Positions 17,216-26,931 of a stretch of DNA of 60,468 nucleotides are shown here, one piece after another. Location of the stretch: NCBI GenBank assembly GCA_041661345.1, contig JBAZUO010000008.1:1-60468 (forward strand), in the 5' to 3' direction. Position 1 is the first letter of the stretch, and every line of letters begins with the position of its first letter. The notes under the pieces were generated by a model that saw only the letters and a program-made list of their open reading frames with translations, was not told the DNA's origin and ran no database searches. Source of the DNA: Candidatus Omnitrophota bacterium (lineage in GTDB: Bacteria > Omnitrophota > Gorgyraeia > 2-01-FULL-45-10). Position numbers and translations under genes: made by a program.

Positions 17216-18028
17216 ATGTACAGAGAATTTTTCGGCCTGAAAGAGAAACCATTTAACGTTACGAGCGACCCCGGCTTCCTCTTCTTAAGCCGTGTCCACA
17301 AGGAAGCCTTTTCCCATCTTCTGTATGGTATTAAAGAGCGCAAAGGATTTTTGGAGATAACCGGTGAGATAGGTGCCGGTAAGACGACCATATGCAGGGC
17401 AATATTGAATCAACTAGATTCGAAGACCAGGACTGCCTTCATATTCAATTCAAACCTTCCCGAGCTTCAACTGCTTCAATGCATACTTGAAGATTTCGGC
17501 CTCGAGGTCCACAAGAGAAACAAAGCCTCGATGCTGCGGCAGCTTAATAATTTTCTGCTCGAAGAGCTTTCCAAGGGTAATAATATCGTGCTGATAATCG
17601 ACGAGGCGCAGAACCTCAAGCCTTATGTCCTGGAGGAGATACGCATGCTTTCGAATCTTGAGACCGATAAAGAGAAACTTTTTCAGATCATTCTGGTCGG
17701 ACAGCCGGAGCTCAAAAAGAAGATCGATTCGCCGGCCCTTGTCCAGTTGAAGCAGCGTATCGCTGTGAAGTTTCATATAACCGCGCTTGAAAAGGACGAA
17801 GTGGATAAATATATTTATCACAGGCTTTCGGTTGCCGGCTCCAGGGGGGATATACAGTTTCCGCAGGACGCCATCGATGCCATATACAGATTTTCGGGCG
17901 GAATACCCAGGCTGATAAATATGATATGCGATAAGTCATTGCTTGCCGCTTACGTCATGGAGACGAAGGTCGTCGGGTTGCCAATAATTGAGAAGTCCAT
18001 AAACGAGTTGGAGGGCCAAAAGGCATGA
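17216..18028 (+). CDS. ExeA/GspA/MshM-family AAA ATPase (PEP-CTERM-locus secretion ATPase-like)
   Basis: MYREFFGLKEKPF is a typical ExeA N-terminus. Walker A GEIGAGKTT and Walker B VLIIDEAQ. The track start at 17198 (GTG) lies inside the predicted -10 region, so I prefer the ATG at 17216. Confidence 0.8.
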   Translation: MYREFFGLKEKPFNVTSDPGFLFLSRVHKEAFSHLLYGIKERKGFLEITGEIGAGKTTICRAILNQLDSKTRTAFIFNSNLPELQLLQCILEDFGLEVHKRNKASMLRQLNNFLLEELSKGNNIVLIIDEAQNLKPYVLEEIRMLSNLETDKEKLFQIILVGQPELKKKIDSPALVQLKQRIAVKFHITALEKDEVDKYIYHRLSVAGSRGDIQFPQDAIDAIYRFSGGIPRLINMICDKSLLAAYVMETKVVGLPIIEKSINELEGQKA

Positions 18029-18474
18029 GTATAGTTCAGGATGCGGTTAAAAAGGCGCAGAACCTTTCCGGCTATAAAGGAAGCGGCGATAAGAAACCAG
18101 GCAAAAACAAGCTTCTATTATTTCTTGTGATCGGCGGCGCATCGCTCGCATTGATAGCGCTTGTCATGATGAAGAGTCCCAGGACGTCGGCATCCATTAG
18201 CCTGAAAGATGTGTCGCTCGCAGAAACCATATATAAACCTATGTCTACTGTGGCGGCCAGGCCGGATAACACAAAGAGAGTTGTCAGGAGGCGCTCGCCG
18301 CCGGACTTGATTTTGAGCGGTATAATGCAGCTTGTGGACGGCCCCAGGGCAATAATTAACGATGTCATGGTCGGCGCCGGAGATGTCATAGGTGGAGCCA
18401 GGATAATCAAGATAGAAAATGACACCGTCACGCTGAAAGATAAAGACAGGGAATTGGTATTAGGGATGGAATAG
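18025..18474 (+). CDS. GspB/MshK-like single-pass membrane protein
   Basis: 149 aa with a 4-nt overlap with the exeA-like gene. One TM helix. C-terminal LSGIMQLVDGPRAIINDVMVGAGDVIGGARIIKIENDTVTL resembles the T2SS GspB C-terminal domain. Confidence 0.5.
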   Translation: MSIVQDAVKKAQNLSGYKGSGDKKPGKNKLLLFLVIGGASLALIALVMMKSPRTSASISLKDVSLAETIYKPMSTVAARPDNTKRVVRRRSPPDLILSGIMQLVDGPRAIINDVMVGAGDVIGGARIIKIENDTVTLKDKDRELVLGME

Positions 18475-18852
18475 GTTCCTTACTTCTTCAGGAATTCTTC
18501 TTGGCCTGCCTTCGCTGTTCGTAAATACGTGAATTGAATCGCCGGTGGCGATGAGCTTGTCTCCCACGAATAGCTTATATTCGAACTTCAAGCTGGAATT
18601 TTTTAATTCTGAGATCCACGCCTGCATCCTGACGATGTCATCGTACTTTGCGGGCGATTTATATTTACAGCTTATGGCGGCGACCATCAGATATATGCCC
18701 TTCTCCTCAAGCTTGCGGTATACCAGGCCGAGCGCGCGAAAATATTCGGTCCTCGCGATCTCAAACCAGACCAGGTAGTTCGAGTAATACACCACGCCCA
18801 TATTATCCGTTTCCTGATATCTGACCCTGACTTCAGATTCGTGGATTTTCAT
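18460..18852 (-). CDS. acyl-CoA thioesterase, YbgC/FadM family
   Basis: 130 aa. VRVRYQETDNMGVVYYSNYLVWFEIARTEYFRALG hot-dog fold signature. Confidence 0.85.
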   Translation of the reverse strand: MKIHESEVRVRYQETDNMGVVYYSNYLVWFEIARTEYFRALGLVYRKLEEKGIYLMVAAISCKYKSPAKYDDIVRMQAWISELKNSSLKFEYKLFVGDKLIATGDSIHVFTNSEGRPRRIPEEVRNLFHP

Positions 18853-19314
18853 TTATAAAGCGAGCTCCAGTTTATGTATTTTAAAACCGCCGACCTCAAG
18901 TTTTTCCGTTTCCTTAAAACCTTTCTTCGTGCAAAGTCTCATCGCGTCCGACATCCTGTCAGTACACCTGAAGTAGATATGCTTATAGCCGTTATCTTTG
19001 CAGAATCTGATAACCTCATCCAGCAACTGGCTGCCATACCCGCGCTTCCTGTGTTTTAAGTCTACAAACAGTCTTCTTAGTAACGCTTCGTTGGCAGATT
19101 CCTCTTTTATGCCTACCGTGCCCGCGATATCTTTGCCCTCCTCGATCACGAAAAATGACTCTCTTTTCCCCCCGTACGTCTGGGCGATCTTGTCGAGATC
19201 GCTATCCGAATAGGCACTCCTGTCAAAGGGATATTCTTTTGACAATATCCCCAGAATCAGTTCCTTGACCCCTTTAGCGTCTTCATTCTTGAACCGTCGT
19301 ATCGCGTGATCCAT
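18853..19314 (-). CDS. GNAT family N-acetyltransferase
   Basis: 153 aa. LFVDLKHRKRGYGSQLLDEV acetyl-CoA binding motif (R/Q-x-x-G-x-G/A). Confidence 0.8.
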   Translation of the reverse strand: MDHAIRRFKNEDAKGVKELILGILSKEYPFDRSAYSDSDLDKIAQTYGGKRESFFVIEEGKDIAGTVGIKEESANEALLRRLFVDLKHRKRGYGSQLLDEVIRFCKDNGYKHIYFRCTDRMSDAMRLCTKKGFKETEKLEVGGFKIHKLELAL

Positions 19315-19332
19315 ATCTGATCTCTCCTTAAA

Positions 19333-20421
19333 TTAAATGTATTTTTTTAAAATTCGTGTGATCACGGCATTACCTACTCCCCCTACGACCTTGGCTCTTC
19401 CGATAGAAGTCGGCAGGATGAGCCTGGGTTTACCGTGAATAAATTTTTTGTCATGCTTGAGCGACTCATATACCTTATTAAACTTAAGCCCCGATGTTTT
19501 TACCGGAAGGCCGGATTTCTCTATCAAATTCTTGATGCGTGCGACATCCTGCGGTTTGATCAACCCCGCCTCGAGGGCGATCTCCGATGCCGCGCACATC
19601 CCTATTGCTATAGATTCGCCGTGATTGTATTTACCCGAGTATTCGTCAGCCGCTTCGATGGCATGGCCGATCGTATGGCCGAGATTTAATATTGCCCGTA
19701 AGCCTGTCCTGTCGAGCTCGTCACGCTCGACCACCTTTGTCTTTATCAGGCTTGAGGCCGCCACGATATATTCCAATGCCGCGGGATCATGTTTAAGTAT
19801 CTTGCCCAGATTATTCTCAAGAAATTCGAAGAGCCTCTTATCTTTTATTACGCCGTACTTGATTATTTCTGCAAGGCCGCTTCGCATCTGCCTGGGTGAA
19901 AGCGTCTTCGTGACGGATATATCGGATATGACCATTCTCGGCTGGCTGAAAGCGCCGACCAGGTTCTTTGCCACGGGTAGGTCAATCGCGGTCTTTCCCC
20001 CGATCGCGGAATCCACCTGAGCTAGGAGTGTCGTCGGGATCTGGACGTACGGGGTGCCTCTCTTATATATAGCCGCTACAAAACCGGTAAGATCTCCTAT
20101 CACCCCGCCGCCAAAAGCGATGATGAATAACGTCTTTGCCTTATCGTACGCGGCGATTTTGTTAATCAGGTTTAAAGAAATATCCGCCGTTTTCGCTTTC
20201 TCGGAATCGGGAACCATCTCAAACTTAGCCGCGATACCGCTCTTCGCGAGCGAGGCCTTTATCTTTTTACCATAGAACCCGAATAGGCGCTTATTGGTGA
20301 TTACGATGGCATGATCACCCAAATGTAATTTCTGCAATAAGGCACCGACTCTTTTGATTAAATCGGTGCCTATAGCTATATCGTAAGACCGCTCTTTAAG
20401 ATGAACTCTTATAGATCTCAA
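19333..20421 (-). CDS. aroB: 3-dehydroquinate synthase
   Basis: 362 aa. GGGVIGDLTGFVAA, IPTTLLAQVDSAIGGKTAI and GHTIGHAIE motifs. Confidence 0.93.
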   Translation of the reverse strand: MRSIRVHLKERSYDIAIGTDLIKRVGALLQKLHLGDHAIVITNKRLFGFYGKKIKASLAKSGIAAKFEMVPDSEKAKTADISLNLINKIAAYDKAKTLFIIAFGGGVIGDLTGFVAAIYKRGTPYVQIPTTLLAQVDSAIGGKTAIDLPVAKNLVGAFSQPRMVISDISVTKTLSPRQMRSGLAEIIKYGVIKDKRLFEFLENNLGKILKHDPAALEYIVAASSLIKTKVVERDELDRTGLRAILNLGHTIGHAIEAADEYSGKYNHGESIAIGMCAASEIALEAGLIKPQDVARIKNLIEKSGLPVKTSGLKFNKVYESLKHDKKFIHGKPRLILPTSIGRAKVVGGVGNAVITRILKKYI

Positions 20422-20757
20422 TTATTTTGATTCCTTCTTCCCTTCCTGTCCTGCTCCTTTGGCCGGTGCGCCTGCGCCCTTAGCGGCAGCGCCTTTAGCC
20501 GGGGCGGCCTTTGACTGTCCTGCGGCCGGGGCTGCAGTTCCAGCGGCTGTAGCTGTGTCTTCCGTACCTTCAGCAGCAACTGCCTTCTCTTTCTTTATCT
20601 TAAACTTCACGATCTTAATCTTCGGGAGGCCGTATATCGAATCGCCGTCTTTCCATTTTTCTTTGTCCTTAAGCTGTTTGATCTTTTCATATCTTTTTAA
20701 TACGGATCTGTGAGCCTTATCTTTATCGGCTGAACCCAGGCTTGGATGTTGAGACAT
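20422..20757 (-). CDS. small basic protein (TIGR04137-like) with Ala-rich tail
   Basis: 111 aa. MSQHPSLG...HRSVLKRYEKIKQLKDKEKWKDGDSIYGLPKIK resembles the small basic protein family. The stop abuts the aroB start. Confidence 0.55.
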   Translation of the reverse strand: MSQHPSLGSADKDKAHRSVLKRYEKIKQLKDKEKWKDGDSIYGLPKIKIVKFKIKKEKAVAAEGTEDTATAAGTAAPAAGQSKAAPAKGAAAKGAGAPAKGAGQEGKKESK

Positions 20758-20770
20758 CTATTGATACCCC

Positions 20771-21343
20771 CTATTTTAAGTATGCGTCCTTACGGACATT
20801 TTTTATTCTCTTCAATTCCGCCAGCGCATCAGCGCCGGTTTTATTTGCGAATGCACCCACATATACCTGGTACAAAGGATATGTCTGGCCTATGTAGGCG
20901 TTGAAGCCCCGCCTTCTCAACTGAGCGACTTCTCCGGCAGCGTTCTCTCTCTTCGTAAATGAGCCGGTTACTATCGTGTACGACTTCGAATAGCTTTGGA
21001 CGCTTGCCGGCGCCTTATTTACTTGCACTGATACCGGAGCGATCTGTCGCGGCGTCATGCTGGCATTCGATGCTGGAGCCTGCGGTCCGACCTCTTTTTT
21101 AACGGCAGATTGCGAAGCTATCTGCTCGGCCATGCGTGATCTTCCGGCTTCCACGCCCAGTGCGTATATCACAACCATAAGCATAACTATGCCTATGGAA
21201 ATGAATATTACCTTTTCCAGGGTAAGTGTTACGGCAACATTTCTTTCGAAATCCCGTTTTGGCAGGATGCTGCCCAACCCCGGAAAGCCCTTCCTGGGTT
21301 TTTCAAATTCAAATAATTCTTTTTGATCTCTATCCTCTTCCAT
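20771..21343 (-). CDS. SPOR domain-containing membrane protein
   Basis: 190 aa with one TM. C-terminal YTIVTGSFTKRENAAGEVAQLRRRGFNAYIGQ...YQVYVGAFANKTGADALAELKRI SPOR repeat. Confidence 0.75.
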   Translation of the reverse strand: MEEDRDQKELFEFEKPRKGFPGLGSILPKRDFERNVAVTLTLEKVIFISIGIVMLMVVIYALGVEAGRSRMAEQIASQSAVKKEVGPQAPASNASMTPRQIAPVSVQVNKAPASVQSYSKSYTIVTGSFTKRENAAGEVAQLRRRGFNAYIGQTYPLYQVYVGAFANKTGADALAELKRIKNVRKDAYLK

Positions 21344-21352
21344 ATGCTAATT

Positions 21353-22063
21353 TTACCGCATTATATCAGATGACGAGCGGATATTCAACCTGAAAAGTTT
21401 GCTCGACAGCTGAATTGAGGGTTTGGAGGAATCGCCTGACAAGTGTACGGAAAGGCTCTTCCAGCCACCCCCCTCGCTTGTCAGCATGATCTTGGACATA
21501 TCTTCCGGAATTTTTTTTGTCAGTCCTTCGGCAAAATATATTTTTATATCCGCGTCCATCGATTTGTCATTATACAGGATGCCGGTTATTGAAAGCTTGA
21601 TCTCATCGCTTACGGCATCTAGTTTATTTATCTTGACGCCGTTTTTACATGGGGCGATCTGCCCGCTTATACTGCGGTAAGACCAGTTTCCGCTGAACGG
21701 GGCCGACACCAACCCTGTGAGGCTATCGTACGAGCCGCCCTCCGGCAGGCTTTCGCACTTTACGAAGCGAACATTATGAAGATCGAAATCTACAGTTGCC
21801 TTTTGCATGTCGAAACCGTGTATCGTCGGCTTGATGGTTGCGTCTCTTGACTCAATCCCCAACCCGGCCTGGTTATTGACGATCTTGAGGTCACTAAAAA
21901 CGAAAGATACGATCCCATCCTTATGCAGGCTGCCGTAAGATAATTTAAGATGAGCTGTCCTCTCAAATGCGAAGATCGCCATTCTATCGAACGATACGTA
22001 AAAAATTGCTGTTGCGCATATTAAAACTATTATTATTCCCAGCAGAACGTTTCGAAATCGCAT
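21353..22063 (-). CDS. membrane-anchored hypothetical protein
   Basis: The ATG at 22063 (MRFRNVLLGIIIVLICATAIFY, TM helix) is preferred over the track start at 22129. It still overlaps the helicase 3' end by 31 nt. Confidence 0.5.
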   Translation of the reverse strand: MRFRNVLLGIIIVLICATAIFYVSFDRMAIFAFERTAHLKLSYGSLHKDGIVSFVFSDLKIVNNQAGLGIESRDATIKPTIHGFDMQKATVDFDLHNVRFVKCESLPEGGSYDSLTGLVSAPFSGNWSYRSISGQIAPCKNGVKINKLDAVSDEIKLSITGILYNDKSMDADIKIYFAEGLTKKIPEDMSKIMLTSEGGGWKSLSVHLSGDSSKPSIQLSSKLFRLNIRSSSDIMR

Positions 22064-25000
22064 TTCCTGCACCTTTCTTCGTCCCTTTCGGGTAATTTTT
22101 CGAACCTCAGGCTCTTGATCTTGGCCCATACATCCTTTATTATATCTTCCACCTCCGCGACCATCTCGTCGGATATTTTTACGGTCTTGGCAACATATTG
22201 CCCTTTCTTGTAACCCTCTTTGCGCAGGTCGGCATAAACCGGTTCTGCGAATACGAGCGAGCCGCAGGATACCTTACGCCCCTTAGGCTGTTTTTTGTCC
22301 CTCTCGAATAGAAGTTTGTAGCATACCAGCTGTCTTAAGTATCCGTCGCATTCGGCGCTTGCCAGATCGTCGTATCTGGATATTTTTTTCAGATGATCGT
22401 CGGGCTTGCCGGTTTTGTAATCTATTATCCTGACAAGCCCCTTACTCTCATCATCCCATTCGACCTTATCGTACTTGCCCGTGAATATGATATTATCGCC
22501 GATCGTTATCAGCAGTTTCTTCTCCAGACTTATCGGCATGATCGGATCTTTTGCCAGCATGCCAAACCAACCCTTTAGCGTCTCCATTTTATTGAGGCAG
22601 TCCTGCCCGATGATCTTGTCAACGCCCTGGAATTTCAGTTCTCTGGAGAAATATTTTCTGAAATAATCAAAGCTCGGAAACCGTTTCTTCTCCATATAAT
22701 CCATGTATGTATCTTCGAGCGCTTTGTGGACGCAGTTTCCGAATATGAGGCTCTTCTTCTTCGAACCGGGTAGCTTTAGCAGGTCGTTATATAGGAATTT
22801 TCTACCGCATGTTATGTAGGTATTGAGCCTTGTGGGGTTAAGGGTCAGGTTGTAGACCATATCTTTTAAGATACCCTCCGTTCCTGCGAACGGATCCTTA
22901 AGATCTGTAACCTCCAGCGATTTTGATATCAGATCTTCTTCGTTGGCATATTCAGCGGACTCGGTGTGTATACCGAGCTCGTTTAGATATAGGCTTGAGA
23001 CCGATGCCTCCGTGGGGCTTGCCGTAAATATCAGGTTCGATTTTGCCCTTGTCGCGGCTACATAGAAAAGCCGTGTCTCGTCATACAGGGCAAGTTCTTT
23101 CAGCGCCTCTTTCTCGGCCTTCTTCGTCTTAAATAGATCGGACGGAAGCCGAATCTTGTCAGGAATGGGCCGCGCAGGCCAGTTCTTGTTATGAAGACAG
23201 AATGGTATTATAACGGAGTGAAACTCAAGCCCTTTCGAGCCGTGTGCCGTATAGAGGCGCACGCCGGTTTGTGTCAGTGTGACAAGGTTACCCTGGATCG
23301 GCAGGCCGTGGTCTTTCCGCGTCTTGATGTCGAGCATGAAGTCATCGAGCCTCGCCGCGGGCTTTGCTATGTCGCTTGCCTTGATGAGATTTACAAATGA
23401 GCCCAGGCTTCTCAATTGCCTGATCCTCAAGATGTTGTTATCGGCGTATTCCTTTAATATGTACTTATATATGCCGGAGTCTTTGATGTAATCCAGAAGC
23501 ATGGAATGGACAGACCTGGTCCTCGCGTCCACGAGAAGGCGCCTTATTATTTCGCAGGCATGGCTAAGGGCATCCGGTTTATCGAATTGGATTTGCCGGG
23601 CAGGCTTTGAGCTGAAATAATCAAGGAACGCCTCGAGGACGGTTAAGCCACCCTCGCCCCCAGGGCTCTTTCTATTATTATTGACGAAACTTAAGAATCT
23701 TAAAATATCTGCCTGTGGTATCGAAAGATAATCCGCGCTTAAAACCTTATAAAGCGCAAGGTCTTTTAATTCATGCTCTTTCGGGTCTATGTGCGCCAGA
23801 TCAAGGACGTCGAGCATCTGCCGCACACGTGTCTCGCCGCCTATATCTTCCTTGCCGTCCGTAGCATAGGGTATCCCGGAGCGTAAGAATGCGTCCGCCA
23901 CTTTTAATATATCGGCCCTTTTGCGCACTAGTACGGCGATATTATCGTAAGGATGCGACCTCTCGTATTCCGTCAGATTACGATCGGCCTCTATTGCCTC
24001 TTTCAGGCTCTTTATCTTGTCCACTATATAGATCATCTCTTCTTCGGGCGCGCTGAACTCCCTGAATGTGATCTCCTTATCCTTATAATCGAAAACCGCT
24101 TCAAGTTTCTTTTCGGAGACCCTCTCTTCCTGCGGGATCATTTTAATTATCCTGGCGGATATATCTATGAGCTCTTTTGCGGAACGGTAGTTGCTTTTCA
24201 GATTGAGAGTTTTGATCTCTGGGAAGCGCCTTGACAGCTCCTTGAAATTTCCGACGCTGGCTCCCTGAAATCTATATATCGACTGGTCGTCATCGCCGAC
24301 ACACATAAGATTGGGGTTCTTATAATCGAGGAGCTCGAACAACAGGTCCATCTGGGCGCCATTGGTATCCTGAAATTCATCCACCATCACGTACTTATAT
24401 AGATCGCGGTACTCCTTTTTAAGTGACGGCTCGTTCTTCAGGACCTTTATTGCGAACAGTATCATGTCGTCGAAGTCATATCTGCCGCGTTCATCGAATA
24501 TATCTTTATTCTTGCCCTCCTTGAGCTCCTCGTATTTTTTATATACGATGGAGAACGCGTTGAGTCTCGAGGCATATTTTTCCTCGAACAGCTTGTGCTG
24601 TCCTTTAGGATTTTTAATGTAGTTATTCAGGCCCTCGGGCGAAATGCCGTCTTTCTTCAGCTCGCTTATCTTGTTGAGGATCTCTTTTAGATATGTGTAC
24701 GGCGCGCGGAATGGGCGTATCTCATCGATCTTATCGGTATTATTCAGGATGTACTCTATGACCCTCATCCGCTCTACGTCATCCATCTGGACTTTGTCGC
24801 CTATGTATATTGCCGCCTCTTCGGATTCCTGGATCACGGAGTTGGCGAAGCTGTGAAAGGTTGCCACCTCGACACCGTATCCCGCTACACCGATAGTTTG
24901 CGCAAGTCTTTCTTTCATTGTCTTGGCCGCGGAGTTCGTGTAGGTGAGGATAAGGATGTTTTCAGGCAGGGCTTTCGTTCTTTTCAATATAGCGCCGGCG

Positions 25001-25128
25001 CGGACCGACAGAAGCTGTGTCTTACCTGTACCCGGCCCCGCCAACACAAGAAGAGGCCCATCGATAGTGTCGACGGCCTCTTTCTGCAGGCTGTTTAACT
25101 CACCGTAGAAATCAGAGTGTTTTTTCAT
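22033..25128 (-). CDS. UvrD/PcrA-type superfamily-1 helicase fused to a C-terminal PD-(D/E)XK nuclease with AddB/Cas4-type Fe-S cysteines
   Basis: 1031 aa. Walker A AGPGTGKT, and VDEFQDTN (motif II). Nuclease core RIIDYKTGK. Cys pattern C...(far)...CRKCDFETFC (C-x2-C-x5-C). Confidence 0.85.
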   Translation of the reverse strand: MKKHSDFYGELNSLQKEAVDTIDGPLLVLAGPGTGKTQLLSVRAGAILKRTKALPENILILTYTNSAAKTMKERLAQTIGVAGYGVEVATFHSFANSVIQESEEAAIYIGDKVQMDDVERMRVIEYILNNTDKIDEIRPFRAPYTYLKEILNKISELKKDGISPEGLNNYIKNPKGQHKLFEEKYASRLNAFSIVYKKYEELKEGKNKDIFDERGRYDFDDMILFAIKVLKNEPSLKKEYRDLYKYVMVDEFQDTNGAQMDLLFELLDYKNPNLMCVGDDDQSIYRFQGASVGNFKELSRRFPEIKTLNLKSNYRSAKELIDISARIIKMIPQEERVSEKKLEAVFDYKDKEITFREFSAPEEEMIYIVDKIKSLKEAIEADRNLTEYERSHPYDNIAVLVRKRADILKVADAFLRSGIPYATDGKEDIGGETRVRQMLDVLDLAHIDPKEHELKDLALYKVLSADYLSIPQADILRFLSFVNNNRKSPGGEGGLTVLEAFLDYFSSKPARQIQFDKPDALSHACEIIRRLLVDARTRSVHSMLLDYIKDSGIYKYILKEYADNNILRIRQLRSLGSFVNLIKASDIAKPAARLDDFMLDIKTRKDHGLPIQGNLVTLTQTGVRLYTAHGSKGLEFHSVIIPFCLHNKNWPARPIPDKIRLPSDLFKTKKAEKEALKELALYDETRLFYVAATRAKSNLIFTASPTEASVSSLYLNELGIHTESAEYANEEDLISKSLEVTDLKDPFAGTEGILKDMVYNLTLNPTRLNTYITCGRKFLYNDLLKLPGSKKKSLIFGNCVHKALEDTYMDYMEKKRFPSFDYFRKYFSRELKFQGVDKIIGQDCLNKMETLKGWFGMLAKDPIMPISLEKKLLITIGDNIIFTGKYDKVEWDDESKGLVRIIDYKTGKPDDHLKKISRYDDLASAECDGYLRQLVCYKLLFERDKKQPKGRKVSCGSLVFAEPVYADLRKEGYKKGQYVAKTVKISDEMVAEVEDIIKDVWAKIKSLRFEKLPERDEERCRKCDFETFCWE

Positions 25129-25144
25129 AAAAACGCATGAGGGG

Positions 25145-25405
25145 TTATTTCTGATTCAGGAGCTTGTCTATCCTGGAGATGATCTTCTCATTCTGCGTGT
25201 AGCTGTAGCCGTTTGTGGATGTGGCGCGGTGGGCTACCAGGATCTTTGCTTTAACGAGATCTTCCAGGCATGCCGATACTTTGGCCCTTTCTTCACCTAT
25301 CCAGGTGGCCACTCCGCGCGGCGTATCTATCGAGGCCTGATTTTCGTGGAAAAATCTTATAATTTTAAGATGTATTGGTGATTCAAATATATCAACTTTA
25401 CCCAT
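25145..25405 (-). CDS. small winged-helix-like hypothetical protein
   Basis: 86 aa. A predicted wHTH-like segment (PRGVATWIGEERAKVSACLEDLVKAKILVAHR). 8-nt overlap with the HD-GYP gene. Confidence 0.45.
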   Translation of the reverse strand: MGKVDIFESPIHLKIIRFFHENQASIDTPRGVATWIGEERAKVSACLEDLVKAKILVAHRATSTNGYSYTQNEKIISRIDKLLNQK

Positions 25406-26918
25406 AGATCTCCTTCTCCAGAGCGCCCCTGACGTCTTTTCTTTTGATCACCTTAAGGAATACGTCTACCACCTTCGGATCAAACTGTGTCCCTGCATTG
25501 CTCTTAATTTCATCGATCGCTTCATCTATCTTCTTTATGTTTCTGTACGGCCTCTTCGTTATCATCGCCTCGAAGGCGCTTACGACCGCCATGATCCTTG
25601 CGCCTATCGGTATCTGTTCCTTCTTCAACCCCTTAGGATAGCCCGATCCGTCGTAGTGCTCGTGATGATACAGGATTATGGGCGCTACCGTTTTCAATGC
25701 CTTCATATGCTTTATCAATTCAACGCCGGCTTCGGGATGGCCCTTGACTATCTCATACTCCTTGCCGGTCAATTTTTCAGGCTTGGTCAACACCTCATAT
25801 GGGACCACTATCTCGCCTGCGTCGTGTAAAATCGACGCATATTCGAGGCTCTTCATGCTATCCGCATCGAGGTGTATTTCCTGCCCCATGGCGAGAGCCA
25901 CCTTTAGGAACGAGGCTTTGGGAACGTATGTTCCCGGCGCGCGCGTGTCGAGAACCTTCGCCAGGGTTTTTATGCTGCCTATCATAAGCTTTTCCTGCTC
26001 TTTGTAGAGCTGGGCATTCTTGATCGCTATTACGGCCTGTTCAGCCATTGTGGACATTATTTCCTGATCAAAGGATGTAAATGGTTTTCTGTCAACTTTA
26101 TCGTAGATCGTTATAACCCCGATCACATCCTCGTCTATCAGCGGAACTGCAAGGAAGTCCTGTCCTCGTATTGGGCGGCCGTATTTGAATGCTCTTCCGG
26201 GGGCATGTTTTCCCACTCTTACCTTCTTAAGCCTCACGCTTGTCTTTCTTAGGTCCACCGTGGCCTTTGGCAAAAGTATCATATGCCTCGAATCGACAAG
26301 TTTTATCGAGCATCTGTTCGCCCTCATGACCTGCAGCGATAGCCGCGCTATACGCGGTAAAAGCTCGCTTAAGTCAAGCGTAGAGCTTATCAGCCTGTGT
26401 ACCGTATGAACCGTGGAGAGCGCAATCGCACGGGGGCGTATGGTTTCGTAAAGCTTCGACAATTCTAATTCCTTCTGGATCTCCCTGACGACCGTATCGG
26501 TAAATGAGGAAAATACATCCAATATTTGCGGCGCCGCGTCCTTCTTCTTATAGCACGATCCGATATAACCGTATAATTTATCGCCCTGGGTAATGGGATA
26601 GATGAAGCCGTGCAGCCCCTCGATGCAGTTGAATCTGGCCAGGGCCTTCGTCTGCCCGGCCTTTTCGATTGCCGTGTATATATCTTTTAAGCACTTGTTT
26701 TTTTTGGCCGGGGGAAATTTTTTGTGGTGCGGGCACGTGCAGGAGACGAGCTGTTTCAAGTCCTGCATCTTCGGATTAGGCTTCTCTATAAGCCACCATG
26801 CGGCGGGTTTAATGAGGCAGCCTATGCACTCCTCTTCCTTCTTCAGGCCTGCGCTCTTCTTTAAACGCTCGAAAAGCTCTTTCTGATATATATTATTGTT
26901 CTTCTTCTCTTCTTCCAT
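25398..26918 (-). CDS. GAF domain-containing HD-GYP phosphodiesterase (c-di-GMP turnover)
   Basis: 506 aa. Cys-rich N-terminal region, central GAF (FLAVPLIDEDVIGVITIYDK), and C-terminal HD (ILHDAGE) plus HHEHYDGSGYPKGL HD-GYP signature. Confidence 0.85.
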   Translation of the reverse strand: MEEEKKNNNIYQKELFERLKKSAGLKKEEECIGCLIKPAAWWLIEKPNPKMQDLKQLVSCTCPHHKKFPPAKKNKCLKDIYTAIEKAGQTKALARFNCIEGLHGFIYPITQGDKLYGYIGSCYKKKDAAPQILDVFSSFTDTVVREIQKELELSKLYETIRPRAIALSTVHTVHRLISSTLDLSELLPRIARLSLQVMRANRCSIKLVDSRHMILLPKATVDLRKTSVRLKKVRVGKHAPGRAFKYGRPIRGQDFLAVPLIDEDVIGVITIYDKVDRKPFTSFDQEIMSTMAEQAVIAIKNAQLYKEQEKLMIGSIKTLAKVLDTRAPGTYVPKASFLKVALAMGQEIHLDADSMKSLEYASILHDAGEIVVPYEVLTKPEKLTGKEYEIVKGHPEAGVELIKHMKALKTVAPIILYHHEHYDGSGYPKGLKKEQIPIGARIMAVVSAFEAMITKRPYRNIKKIDEAIDEIKSNAGTQFDPKVVDVFLKVIKRKDVRGALEKEIYG

Positions 26919-26931
26919 AAATGTGTATTGA

